Position numbers and translations under genes: made by a program
Part shown: positions 20,799 to 30,028 of the stretch, in pieces
Layout: every line of letters begins with the position of its first letter
Numbering within the stretch: position 1 is the first letter of the stretch
IMG/VR virus record: IMGVR_UViG_3300020183_000017
DNA from: an uncultured virus (IMG/VR IMGVR_UViG_3300020183_000017)
Taxonomy: Duplodnaviria; Heunggongvirae; Uroviricota; Caudoviricetes
Direction: 5' to 3' (one strand)
DNA length: 61,300 bases
Notes under the pieces: generated by a model
What the model was told of the DNA's origin: nothing
What the model saw: only the letters and a program-made list of their open reading frames with translations
Databases searched by the model: none

Positions 20799-21130
20799 CT
20801 GTAAAACAATTAATTGATGCTATTGACTCTGGTAAAACTCTGGAGATTGAATCTACTTTTGAAACTCTTATGGCAGATAAAGTTGCAACTAAACTTGACG
20901 CATACAGACAAGAAGTCGCTAAGAGTATGTTCGCTACACAAGTCGCAGAGTCTAAGGATGAAGACGAAGACGACGAAGACGACGAAAAAGAAGATAAAGA
21001 TGATGAAGATGATGAAGACGAAGATGAAGATAAAAAAGAAATGAAAGAAGGCGCATATACTAATCCAGGATTAGAAGCACTTCTTGCTAAGAAGCGTGCA
21101 GAAAAGGCTGCAGCAAAACAAAGTAAATAA
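20795..21130 (+). CDS. Acidic prohead core protein (gp67-like)
   Basis: Directly after portal; small, with a long D/E tract as in T4 gp67. Confidence 0.7.
   Translation: MTVKQLIDAIDSGKTLEIESTFETLMADKVATKLDAYRQEVAKSMFATQVAESKDEDEDDEDDEKEDKDDEDDEDEDEDKKEMKEGAYTNPGLEALLAKKRAEKAAAKQSK
20957..21031 (+). repeat. Low-complexity GAY/GAR codon run (poly-Asp/Glu)
   Basis: Encodes 'DEDEDDEDDEKEDKDDEDDEDEDED'. Confidence 0.8.
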
Positions 21131-21690
21131 TGCACTTTAAATCTTTTACAAACAAGATAAAAAGTTCTGTTCTACAGAGAAATATTGTAGAACAGACTTC
21201 TTGTTTCAACATCAGATTGTATAGAACTGATGAAGGTAAAATCTTTATTGATAATCTTGAAACTGAGTTCAAAACTTTAGATGAGGCGAGATCTTATATT
21301 AGACAACAAAATAAACTACAATATATTGAACAAGAATTGTCTAAAAACATATATGAAGACGTGTTAGAAAATAAGATTGCTACACTAATAAAAGAGAAAA
21401 ATAATATCAAAGTAACAGATAATATATTAGAACATTATATTTCTCTCGCCTCATCTAAGGTTTTCACAATTGACCCAACTGTTCAGTTGATTAGAAAATT
21501 AAATAAATACGACTATATGTTTGAGAACAAAATAGATTATGTATTAGCGGATGGTGCTAAGGTTGTTATTGATATTAATACGCAAGAACGTCTTAATACT
21601 ATATTAAAAGATCAAAAAGAAGTTTTAGATTATATGAGAGAATCTAAAGAAAATTTTTTGCACGTTGTTAATTTATTAACAGAGGAATAA
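21130..21690 (+). CDS. Hypothetical head-module protein (occupies the gp68 slot)
   Basis: ORF coupled by TAATG, between the gp67-like gene and gp21; no recognised motif. Confidence 0.55.
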   Translation: MHFKSFTNKIKSSVLQRNIVEQTSCFNIRLYRTDEGKIFIDNLETEFKTLDEARSYIRQQNKLQYIEQELSKNIYEDVLENKIATLIKEKNNIKVTDNILEHYISLASSKVFTIDPTVQLIRKLNKYDYMFENKIDYVLADGAKVVIDINTQERLNTILKDQKEVLDYMRESKENFLHVVNLLTEE

Positions 21691-21691
21691 A

Positions 21692-22099
21692 ATGGCTGCG
21701 ACTAAAACAGTTACAAAACTAACTACTACTGATGCTATTGTTAGAATCGTAGCAACAGCTGCAGCAGATGCAGCGACTATTGATCTTCAAACAGATTTAA
21801 AGATGGCTAACGAAACACTAGGCGCTGATCAGAGTGTTTATATTACAGCAGTGTTAGCTACTACATCCAATAGTGTTAAATTAACAAGAAACAGCGTTAC
21901 TATTGCAGATTTTTATGGAAATTTACAAACTGTAGAAGCTGAGTGGGCATTTATAGACCAGCCAACCTACGATATTATTGCAACTTTTGCTGGACCAGGA
22001 ACTATCGTTTTGCACTTAAAGAAAGTTTCAGGATATAACACTCCGTTTGAGACTGCATCCTTTGGTTCTTATGATAACCCTAACGCTGTAGGAAGTTAA
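21692..22099 (+). CDS. Hypothetical virion protein
   Basis: SD GAGG; Thr/Ala-rich 135 aa ORF inside the head operon. Confidence 0.6.
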   Translation: MAATKTVTKLTTTDAIVRIVATAAADAATIDLQTDLKMANETLGADQSVYITAVLATTSNSVKLTRNSVTIADFYGNLQTVEAEWAFIDQPTYDIIATFAGPGTIVLHLKKVSGYNTPFETASFGSYDNPNAVGS

Positions 22100-22100
22100 A

Positions 22101-22754
22101 ATGAAGCTAATCAGAGAAATTTTCGAAACAACCAACCTAGTAGTTGAAGAAAAACTAGGTAAGAAAAAAGAATATTTCATTGAAGGTATTTTCCTTCAAT
22201 CAGAACTACAAAATAAAAATGGTCGCATGTATCCAGAACAAATTATGGATAAAGAAGTCGATCGCTACATTAAAGAATATGTTGAGAAAAACCGTGCATA
22301 TGGCGAGTTAGGGCATCCTGATAATCCATCTATTAACTTAGAACGAGTTTCTCATTTAATTACCTCTCTTAAAAAAGAGGGAACCAACTATGTTGGTAGG
22401 GCAAAAATTCTTGACACCCCAATGGGTCAAATCGCTAAAGGACTGTTAGACGGTGGCGCTAATCTTGGTGTTTCCAGTAGAGCACTTGGTACTCTAAAGG
22501 AAAACGATAGTGGCGTCCAAATTGTACAAGACGACTTTATGTTGTCTACTGCAGCTGACATCGTAGCTGACCCTTCAGCTCCAGAAGCATTCGTTCGTGG
22601 AGTTATGGAAAGTAAAGAATGGATTTATGTTGATGGAAACTTTGTGGAGAAGCACATTGATGTTGTAAAACATTCAATTAAAAAAACATCTTCTAATCAG
22701 TTAGAAGAAGCAAAAATTCGTGCTTTTGAATACTTTTTAAGTAAAATCAAATAA
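22101..22754 (+). CDS. gp21: Prohead protease gp21
   Basis: 'IEGIFLQ..NKNGRMYP', 'AYGELGHP', 'LGVSSRALG', 'DIVADPSAPEAFV'. Confidence 0.97.
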   Translation: MKLIREIFETTNLVVEEKLGKKKEYFIEGIFLQSELQNKNGRMYPEQIMDKEVDRYIKEYVEKNRAYGELGHPDNPSINLERVSHLITSLKKEGTNYVGRAKILDTPMGQIAKGLLDGGANLGVSSRALGTLKENDSGVQIVQDDFMLSTAADIVADPSAPEAFVRGVMESKEWIYVDGNFVEKHIDVVKHSIKKTSSNQLEEAKIRAFEYFLSKIK

Positions 22755-22756
22755 CT

Positions 22757-22764
22757 TATAAATA
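22757..22764 (+). promoter_or_regulatory. T4-type late promoter (gp22/gp23)
   Basis: Exact TATAAATA in the intergenic gap; gp55 is encoded in the window. Confidence 0.85.
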
Positions 22765-22799
22765 ATTTATTAGAGAATTAATCCAATAGGAGATTACAG

Positions 22800-23804
22800 A
22801 TGTCTATCGAACAAAAAATTGCTGAACTCTTGGCAGAATCTAAAAAGGCACAGTTAACTGATCCTGTATTAGAAGATGTAGAGATTGTAGCTGAAGAAGA
22901 ATTAGAAGAAGAAGCTGCTAATGGTAAGACCGATGGTGTTACTAGCGTTGCTGGAGATAATCCAGAGAACAAGAAAAATGCAGTTCAGGATGAGAAACAA
23001 GCTGAAGGCGGTACATCAAAGACCGCTAACAAAGTAACTGCTGGCGCAGCTCCTCCAGAAGGTTCTCATTTAAAGAGCGTTAAAGAAGATGTTGATGCTT
23101 TGTTTAATGGCGAAGAAGGCTTGTCAGAAGAATTCCGTCAGAAAGCAGAAACTATTTTCGAAGCAGCAGTTATGACACGTGTTAAGTCTGAACTTGCACG
23201 TATCGAAGAAGAATACCAAACTCAACTTGCTGAGCAAGTTGAAGAAGTAAAAGAGGGTCTTGTTGACAAGGTTGATGGATATCTCGACTACGTAGTCGAG
23301 CAGTGGATGGAACAAAATGAAATTGCCCTTGAATCTGGTATGAAGTCTGACATTCTTGAAAGTTTTGTTGGTGGTCTAAAAGGTCTTTTTGAAGAGCACT
23401 ATATCGACGTTCCTGAAGAGAAGTATGATGTTCTAGGAGAAATGGAACAACATATTGCAAATCTAGAGGAAAAACTAAACGAAACAACAAGCAAGAATGT
23501 TGAATTAAATAAATGGCTTGATGAGATGGCTCGTCAGAAAACTGTTGAAGAAGCATCTGCAGGTCTAACAGACACTGAAGTTGACAAATTCAAAGGTTTA
23601 GCTGAAGAACTATCTTACGAAAATCAAGAGACATTTAAAACTAAACTTCAGACTATTCGCGAAAATTATTTCGGTGAAAAGAAAACAACAAGTAGTGTAG
23701 TATCTTCTGTCGTTAGCGACGAAGCTGTTACATTGACTGAAGATAAGATTATTGATCCATCTATCAAGTCATACTTGCAAGTTTTAAATTCCATTAAGAA
23801 GTAA
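22800..23804 (+). CDS. gp22: Prohead core scaffold gp22
   Basis: 'LSEEFRQKAETIFEAAV', 'KVDGYLDYVVEQWM..N', 'GLKGLFEEHYIDVPEEK'. Confidence 0.93.
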   Translation: MSIEQKIAELLAESKKAQLTDPVLEDVEIVAEEELEEEAANGKTDGVTSVAGDNPENKKNAVQDEKQAEGGTSKTANKVTAGAAPPEGSHLKSVKEDVDALFNGEEGLSEEFRQKAETIFEAAVMTRVKSELARIEEEYQTQLAEQVEEVKEGLVDKVDGYLDYVVEQWMEQNEIALESGMKSDILESFVGGLKGLFEEHYIDVPEEKYDVLGEMEQHIANLEEKLNETTSKNVELNKWLDEMARQKTVEEASAGLTDTEVDKFKGLAEELSYENQETFKTKLQTIRENYFGEKKTTSSVVSSVVSDEAVTLTEDKIIDPSIKSYLQVLNSIKK

Positions 23805-23829
23805 ATCAACCCCAAGGAGTTAGAATAAA

Positions 23830-25140
23830 ATGACAACACGTCAAGATTTATTAAAGAAGTGGGCACCAATCCTAGAGCACGACTCTGTCCCACAAATCAA
23901 AGACAACTACCGTAAGGAAGTTACTGCAGTTCTTCTAGAGAACCAAGAAAAGGCTCTTAAAGAAGAAAAGTCAGCACTTTTCGAAACAGGTACACACGTT
24001 AACGCAGGTGGTGCAGGTGTCGCCCTCGGCAGCGCAGGCACTAACGCACAAATGGCAGGTTACGACCCAGTTCTAATCAGCCTAGTGCGTCGTGCAATGC
24101 CACAAATGATCGCTTATGACATTTGCGGTGTTCAGCCAATGACACAACCAACAGGTCTAATCTTCGCAATGAAGAGCCGCTTCAGTTCACAAAGTGGTAC
24201 CGAAGCTCTTTTTAACGAAGCAGATACAGACTTCTCTGGTACTGGTACTCATTCTACTGGTCAACCAACTGCTAATAATGCAACAAACGGTACAGGTATG
24301 ACTACTGCTGCTGCTGAAGCTCTTGGCGCTGGTGGTACTGGTGATGGTACTTTCAATGAGATGTCATTCTCAATCGAAAAGACCAGTGTTACTGCTAAGA
24401 GTCGTTCTCTAAAAGCAGAATACACTATTGAACTTGCTCAAGATCTTAAGAGCGTTCATGGTCTAGACGCTGAAGGCGAACTAAGCAATATTCTCTCAAC
24501 TGAGATTCTTGCTGAAATCAATCGTGAAGTTGTTCGTACTGTTTATAAAGTTGCTAAGCCAGGTGCACAAGCTGGCACAGCAGCAGCTGGTACTTTCGAC
24601 TTAGACGTTGACGCTAACGGTCGTTGGTCTGTTGAAAAATTCAAAGGACTTATGTTCCAAATCGAACGTGATGCTAACGTAATTGCTCAGCAAACACGTC
24701 GTGGTAAGGGTAACTTTATCGTTTGTTCTTCTGATGTTGCTTCCGCATTAGCAATGGCAGGTGTATTAGATTACACTCCAGCTCTAGAAGGAAACAGAGG
24801 TCTAGCAATCGATGAAGCATCTACTACTTTCGCAGGTGTTCTAAACGGACGTTTCCGTGTATATGTTGATCCATATGCAGGTAACGGTGGTACTAACCAA
24901 TTCTTTATGGTTGGCTATAAGGGTGCTTCCGCATTCGATGCTGGTCTATTCTACTGCCCATACGTTCCACTACAATTGGTTCGTGCAGTTGATCCAGAGA
25001 GCTTCCAGCCTAAGATTGGCTTTAAGACTCGCTACGGTATGGTTTCTAACCCATTCGTTCAATTGGACGGAAACGGTACAAACCTACAAGCAGCAAGCAA
25101 CTACTACTTCCGTAAGGTATTCGTTTCTAACCTAATGTAA
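23830..25140 (+). CDS. gp23: Major capsid protein gp23
   Basis: 'GVQPMTQPTGLIFAM', 'ELAQDLKSVHGLDAE.ELSNILSTEI', 'FQPKIGFKTRYG'. Confidence 0.99.
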   Translation: MTTRQDLLKKWAPILEHDSVPQIKDNYRKEVTAVLLENQEKALKEEKSALFETGTHVNAGGAGVALGSAGTNAQMAGYDPVLISLVRRAMPQMIAYDICGVQPMTQPTGLIFAMKSRFSSQSGTEALFNEADTDFSGTGTHSTGQPTANNATNGTGMTTAAAEALGAGGTGDGTFNEMSFSIEKTSVTAKSRSLKAEYTIELAQDLKSVHGLDAEGELSNILSTEILAEINREVVRTVYKVAKPGAQAGTAAAGTFDLDVDANGRWSVEKFKGLMFQIERDANVIAQQTRRGKGNFIVCSSDVASALAMAGVLDYTPALEGNRGLAIDEASTTFAGVLNGRFRVYVDPYAGNGGTNQFFMVGYKGASAFDAGLFYCPYVPLQLVRAVDPESFQPKIGFKTRYGMVSNPFVQLDGNGTNLQAASNYYFRKVFVSNLM

Positions 25141-25181
25141 TCCAATAGGTAAGAAGCTACCAACTAAGAGTAGCGTTTTAG

Positions 25182-25209
25182 AGAGGGGACCAAAAGTCCC
25201 CTCTTTTTT
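25182..25209 (+). terminator. Rho-independent terminator after gp23
   Basis: AGAGGGGAC-caaaa-GTCCCCTCT followed by a T-run. Confidence 0.9.
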
Positions 25210-25212
25210 CAT

Positions 25213-25220
25213 TATAAATA
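25213..25220 (+). promoter_or_regulatory. T4-type late promoter (gp3)
   Basis: Exact TATAAATA just after the gp23 terminator. Confidence 0.85.
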
Positions 25221-25245
25221 TTGTTACTACAGTTAAAGGTGAATT

Positions 25246-25782
25246 ATGACTAACAGAGTTTTTACTTGCCCAACACCAAGCAATATAAATCCACTATCTC
25301 CAGTTGGGTTTACATTTTCTATACAAAAATTACCAGAACTTACATTTTTTTGTCAAGAAGTTAATCTTCCAGGATTAACCCTTGGTGAACCAGAATTCGT
25401 TAACCCATTTGCTAGAGTTCCAGTCCCAGGAGAAACGATAACCTATGATCAGCTAATAGTTCAATTTTTAATTGATGAAGATATGGCAAACTTTAAAGCA
25501 GTCTATAATTGGATTGTTGCTCTAGGTTTCCCAGAAACATATTCGCAATATACTTCTTTCTTGACAGATGAACAGCGTGGTAGTCTAAATGAATTAGCGA
25601 GTAACTATTCAGACGGAACTCTTACAATATTAAACAACAACAACAGACCATCACAGTCTGTTGATTTCATCGATATGTTTCCAACTAATATTGACACTTT
25701 GCAGTTTTCATCAACCCAACAAGATGTGCAATATTTAATCGGAAGAGCAACATTTAGATTCTCTTATTATAAGTTCTTGTAA
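25246..25782 (+). CDS. gp3: Tail completion/tube terminator gp3
   Basis: 'NPLSPVGFTFSI.KLP...FFCQEVNLPG', 'FLIDEDMANFKAVYNWI'; position after gp23. Confidence 0.88.
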   Translation: MTNRVFTCPTPSNINPLSPVGFTFSIQKLPELTFFCQEVNLPGLTLGEPEFVNPFARVPVPGETITYDQLIVQFLIDEDMANFKAVYNWIVALGFPETYSQYTSFLTDEQRGSLNELASNYSDGTLTILNNNNRPSQSVDFIDMFPTNIDTLQFSSTQQDVQYLIGRATFRFSYYKFL

Positions 25783-25838
25783 CTTGACATTTTTACAAAA
25801 GTATAGTAGTATTGTTATTATTTGTTTTTGGAGTTATT

Positions 25839-26276
25839 ATGAATCTTGAACAGTTGCAAGAAACTTGGGAAACTGATTGTATAATAGACGACGATCGATT
25901 AGATAAAGAATCTGTCAGAACACCAAATCTACACGCAAAGTATTTAAATTTTCTTATTGGATATAAGCTGAAATATGCTAAAGCCAAGAAGGATTATAAC
26001 ACACTTCGTCAACTAAAGTTTCGATACTATCGTGGTGAACTGTCTAAACAAGAGTTAGAAGATAGAAAATGGGAGCAATGGCAAGGCGTTAAACCTTTGA
26101 AGAATGAGATGGAAGAATTCTTAGAAGGAGATTATGAACTAGCCGAAGCTCAACTTCGACAAGAGTATCTGGAGAGTGTTATAAATTATCTAGAGAGCAT
26201 TATGGGTCAGATTAAATCTAGAGATTGGCAGATTCGTAATAGTATTGAATGGAAGAAATTTATTAGTGGTGCTTAA
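25839..26276 (+). CDS. uvsY: Recombination mediator UvsY
   Basis: 'LDKESVRTPNLHAKYL', 'QIKSRDWQIRNSIEWKKFISG'; start placed at the ATG after GGAG. Confidence 0.9.
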   Translation: MNLEQLQETWETDCIIDDDRLDKESVRTPNLHAKYLNFLIGYKLKYAKAKKDYNTLRQLKFRYYRGELSKQELEDRKWEQWQGVKPLKNEMEEFLEGDYELAEAQLRQEYLESVINYLESIMGQIKSRDWQIRNSIEWKKFISGA

Positions 26277-27760
26277 TGTCTGTTATTAACATAGAGAAAA
26301 TAAATGAAGTTCATATTCGTTGTTATGCTGATCCTAGTATTGAGCAGGAGTTGTCACAGTTCTTTACGTACGAATATCCAGGAGCAAGATTTACTCCGCA
26401 ATATAGGGCAAGGTTATGGGACGGTAAAGTAAGACTATATGACATATTTAGAAAAACTTTGTATAATGGATTGTTAGGATACGTAGAAACATTTGCTAAG
26501 AACAACGAATATGAATTAAATTACATTACTCCAGTCGAGTCAAAGTCAATAGTAACATTAGAAGAAATACAAAACTATGCTGTCTGGCTTAAACCGATGG
26601 GTCATGGTAAACCTATCGAGATTAGAGATTACCAATTAGAAGCAGTTTATACAGCAATAAATAAAGAACGTGTACTGCTGTTATCTCCAACAGCTTCTGG
26701 TAAATCGTTTATTATTTACACTACATTAAGATGGCACTTAGAACAGGGAAGAAAGTGTATTATTGTAGTTCCAACAACATCTTTAGTTGAGCAATTATAC
26801 TCAGATTTTGAAGATTATTCATCAGCAAATGATTGGCGTGTTGACAAACACTGTCAAAAATTATACGCTGGATTTCCTAAAGATTTTACTAAAGATGTTT
26901 TAATTACAACATGGCAGTCAATTTATAAACAACCAAAACAATGGTTTAACCAATTTGATGTTATATTTGGAGACGAGGCTCATCAGTTTAAGGCAAAGTC
27001 TTTAACATCAGTAATGGAGAAATTAACCGATGTACGTTATCGCATTGGCACTACTGGCACTTTGGATAATAAGAAAGTGCATAGACTCGTACTGGAAGGA
27101 ATATTTGGACCAGTCCACCGAGTGACGACAACGAAAGCGTTGATGGAATCATCACGACTAGCTACCCTAAATATTACCTGTATACTGCTTAAATATGATG
27201 AGGTAACTCGTCAAGGAAGAAAGAACAATAACTATCAAGATGAGATGGATTTTATTGTTACTCACGAAAAGCGAAATAAGTTTATAAGAAACTTAGCAGT
27301 AGACTCTAATGGCAATACTCTTGTTTTGTTTCAATATGTTGAGAAACACGGTAAAATTTTATTCGATATGATAAAGGAAAAAACGCATAAAAATAGAAAA
27401 GTATTTTTCGTTTATGGTGGCACCGAAACATCTGATCGAGAGGCAATCCGTCATATCTGCGAGGGAGAGGAAGATGCTATTATTATTGCGTCGTTTGGCA
27501 CCTTCTCGACAGGCATCAATATACCTTCGATTGAGAATGTTATTTTTGCGTCCCCTTCTAAGAGTAAGATACGCAATCTACAAAGTATTGGGCGTGGTTT
27601 AAGATTAAAAGATGGCAAGACTGAATGTACTCTTTACGATATTGCTGATGACTTACACTGGAAGTCTTGGAAAAACCACACTCTAAATCATTTCGCTGAA
27701 AGAATAAAAACCTATTCAGAAGAACAGTTTAATTATAAAATAATAGAGGTTAGTATATGA
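26276..27760 (+). CDS. uvsW: SF2 helicase UvsW
   Basis: 'SPTASGKS', 'GDEAHQFKAKSL', 'FSTGINIP', 'LQSIGRGLR'. Confidence 0.97.
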   Translation: MSVINIEKINEVHIRCYADPSIEQELSQFFTYEYPGARFTPQYRARLWDGKVRLYDIFRKTLYNGLLGYVETFAKNNEYELNYITPVESKSIVTLEEIQNYAVWLKPMGHGKPIEIRDYQLEAVYTAINKERVLLLSPTASGKSFIIYTTLRWHLEQGRKCIIVVPTTSLVEQLYSDFEDYSSANDWRVDKHCQKLYAGFPKDFTKDVLITTWQSIYKQPKQWFNQFDVIFGDEAHQFKAKSLTSVMEKLTDVRYRIGTTGTLDNKKVHRLVLEGIFGPVHRVTTTKALMESSRLATLNITCILLKYDEVTRQGRKNNNYQDEMDFIVTHEKRNKFIRNLAVDSNGNTLVLFQYVEKHGKILFDMIKEKTHKNRKVFFVYGGTETSDREAIRHICEGEEDAIIIASFGTFSTGINIPSIENVIFASPSKSKIRNLQSIGRGLRLKDGKTECTLYDIADDLHWKSWKNHTLNHFAERIKTYSEEQFNYKIIEVSI

Positions 27761-28224
27761 GCGAATTTAACCTGTCTGCTAATGACAGTTACATAGTTAT
27801 AAAACTTGTAACTGGTGAGCAGATTATGGCTGTAAAACGAAATGAATCTCCCAACTCTGTGACAATAGAATATCCAATGTTAATTAAATCGTTTCCTTTT
27901 ATGAACAATGGTAACATTGGAGAACATATTACAGCAGCACCCTACTGTAAATTTACAGACGATAAGTTATTTGAATTTAATAAAAAGGATATTATCTTCG
28001 AAAAGAGGGTGCATCAGTATGCTATACCTTTCTATGTTCGTCTTGTAAATGAATACGAAGCGACAATCGAAGTCCCTGATGATCCACCATCTACTGTTGA
28101 AGAATTGTCAGAAAGAGTAGATAAACTCATGCATCACTTAAAATCTCTTGCTGAAGATCCCTTAGACGAGGAGCAAGAGGAAGAACCTAAAATGATGGTT
28201 GGTGGTAATAGAACTGTTCATTAG
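27757..28224 (+). CDS. Hypothetical protein (Sm-like-fold family common in T4-like phages)
   Basis: 'VIKLVTGEQIMA' N-terminal motif; ATGA overlap with uvsW. Confidence 0.6.
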   Translation: MSEFNLSANDSYIVIKLVTGEQIMAVKRNESPNSVTIEYPMLIKSFPFMNNGNIGEHITAAPYCKFTDDKLFEFNKKDIIFEKRVHQYAIPFYVRLVNEYEATIEVPDDPPSTVEELSERVDKLMHHLKSLAEDPLDEEQEEEPKMMVGGNRTVH

Positions 28225-28250
28225 AGTTTTTCTTCAAACCCTACACCGTG

Positions 28251-28279
28251 ATTATGCTCTTTCGTCAAGTATAAGGCAA
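28251..28279 (-). promoter_or_regulatory. Sigma70-type promoter on the minus strand (antisense)
   Basis: Reverse complement reads TTGCCT-N17-CATAAT, the same boxes as the promoter at 31765. Confidence 0.6.
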
Positions 28280-28298
28280 GTATTGCAAACAAATAGAT

Positions 28299-28327
28299 TT
28301 TACTTATCTGTAAATTTAAGGTATAAT
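28299..28327 (+). promoter_or_regulatory. Sigma70-type promoter (gp55)
   Basis: TTTACT-N17-TATAAT. Confidence 0.75.
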
Positions 28328-28362
28328 GTGAGTAGTTGAAATAAAAACAGTAAGGAGTTATT

Positions 28363-28914
28363 ATGGCAGGTGGAGCGCATTACGTAAACAATCAAGATTT
28401 TCTAGCTGCAATTATTGAGTGGAAAGCAAAAGTAAAAGAAGCTGAAGAGTGTGGTGAAGAAACACCACCAGTAACTAACTATATTGGTGAATGTCTTTAT
28501 AAGATAGCAACTCATCTATCCTATAAAGGCAACTTCATTAATTACTCTTATCGAGATGATATGATATTAGATGGAGTAGAGAACTGCTTATCTATCGTTA
28601 AAAACTTTGATCCCGCAAAATCAACAAATCCCTTTGCTTATTTTACACAGGTCATCTATTACGCTTTTCTTAGAAAAATCGCAAAAGAAAAGAAACAAAG
28701 CTACGTAAAGCAAAAACTAATTCAACAAATGCCTTTTGAAATGTTCGAGTTGCAGGAACATGATGAGGGCGATGAGCATCACAATACATACCTAGAATAT
28801 ATGCAGATGAATAATGACTTTGATGATTTTATTGAACGTAAAAAAGAAAAGCGTAAAAGCAAAAAAGCAAAAGCTGGTAACACTCTTGAGGACTTATTAA
28901 AAGGTGAAGAATGA
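28363..28914 (+). CDS. gp55: Late-transcription sigma factor gp55
   Basis: 'HYVNNQDFL', 'NFINYSYRDDMILDGVENC', 'NPFAYFTQVIYYAFLRKIAKEKKQ'. Confidence 0.97.
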   Translation: MAGGAHYVNNQDFLAAIIEWKAKVKEAEECGEETPPVTNYIGECLYKIATHLSYKGNFINYSYRDDMILDGVENCLSIVKNFDPAKSTNPFAYFTQVIYYAFLRKIAKEKKQSYVKQKLIQQMPFEMFELQEHDEGDEHHNTYLEYMQMNNDFDDFIERKKEKRKSKKAKAGNTLEDLLKGEE

Positions 28915-29975
28915 AAGTTGCTATTATAACTGACCAACATTTTGGCGCTCGTAATGACAGTATTATTTTCTTAGACTTCTTCCAAAAATTCTATGACAAT
29001 ATTTTCTTTCCTAGTATTGATGCAGCTGGCATTAACACTGTCCTTATTCTTGGGGATACTTTTGATAGACGAAAGTATGTAAACTTCTATGCTCTTGATC
29101 GAGCAAAGAAAATGTTTTTTGATGAATTAGCGAAACGTGAGATTGATGTATACATGCTTGCTGGTAATCATGACACCTACTATAAGAACACCAACGAAGT
29201 TAATTCCCCAGACCTACTTTTAAGAGAGTATGATAACATTACTGTTATTGATACTCCACAAACCATTCATCTAAACTATGAAGATGTTGATTGCGATGTG
29301 TGTATGATCCCTTGGATCTGCGCAGACAATTATCAAAGAGCCATGGATGAAATCAACAACACGTCCGCAACTCTTTGCATGGGGCACTTTGAGATTGCTG
29401 GGTTCGCAATGTATAGAGGAATGGAAAGTCATGACGGACTTACAAAAGAATTATTTAAGAAATTTGACATGGTATTCTCTGGGCATTATCACCACCGTTC
29501 TAATGATGGTCATATTTTTTATCTGGGGAACCCCTATGAGCTCACGTGGCAGGATTATAACGATCCCAGAGGATTTCACTTGTTTGATTTTGGATCAAGA
29601 CAACTCGAATTTATCGGAAACACTTATAGTATGTTTACAAGATTCGAATACGACGACACCCAAGAAGTCATCGACATTAGTTCGCTCGATCTAAAAAACT
29701 GTTTTGTTAAAGTTATCGTAGTTAACAAGACTGATTATTACAAGTTTGACCAATTCGTTCAACAATTATATAATAAGGGTTGCGCCGAAATCAAAATCGT
29801 TGAAGACTTTTCTGAATATAATGAAGGCGCAGTATCTTCTGATATAAACTTGGAAGACACTATGGTTTTACTTAACGATTATATTGAGTCAGTTCAAACT
29901 GATACCGATAAAGAGAAAGTAAAAACATATATGAAAACACTCTATACTGAGGCAATTAATGTGGAGGTAGTATAA
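28911..29975 (+). CDS. gp47: Recombination endonuclease gp47 (Mre11-like)
   Basis: 'ITDQHFG', 'LGDTFDRR', 'GNHD', 'SGHYH' metallophosphoesterase motifs. Confidence 0.96.
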   Translation: MKVAIITDQHFGARNDSIIFLDFFQKFYDNIFFPSIDAAGINTVLILGDTFDRRKYVNFYALDRAKKMFFDELAKREIDVYMLAGNHDTYYKNTNEVNSPDLLLREYDNITVIDTPQTIHLNYEDVDCDVCMIPWICADNYQRAMDEINNTSATLCMGHFEIAGFAMYRGMESHDGLTKELFKKFDMVFSGHYHHRSNDGHIFYLGNPYELTWQDYNDPRGFHLFDFGSRQLEFIGNTYSMFTRFEYDDTQEVIDISSLDLKNCFVKVIVVNKTDYYKFDQFVQQLYNKGCAEIKIVEDFSEYNEGAVSSDINLEDTMVLLNDYIESVQTDTDKEKVKTYMKTLYTEAINVEVV

Positions 29976-30028
29976 TGCAACTAGAATTAAACTTTGGTCA
30001 ATGGACACAAATGGAATTATTTGAATGA
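29975..30028 (+). CDS. Putative 17-aa micropeptide MQLELNFGQWTQMELFE
   Basis: Read directly from sequence. ATG overlaps the gp47 stop (TAATG), TGA overlaps the gp46 start (ATGA), and GGAGGT lies just upstream. Confidence 0.6.
   Translation: MQLELNFGQWTQMELFE

Noticed and set aside
20957..21031. Tandem GAY/GAR repeat as a DNA-level repeat element
   Set aside because: Fully explained by the poly-acidic tract of the gp67-like protein.
25784..25812. Promoter for uvsY (TTGACA-N17-TAGTAT)
   Set aside because: Perfect -35 but weak -10 compared with the other promoters; plausible, but not supported enough to list.
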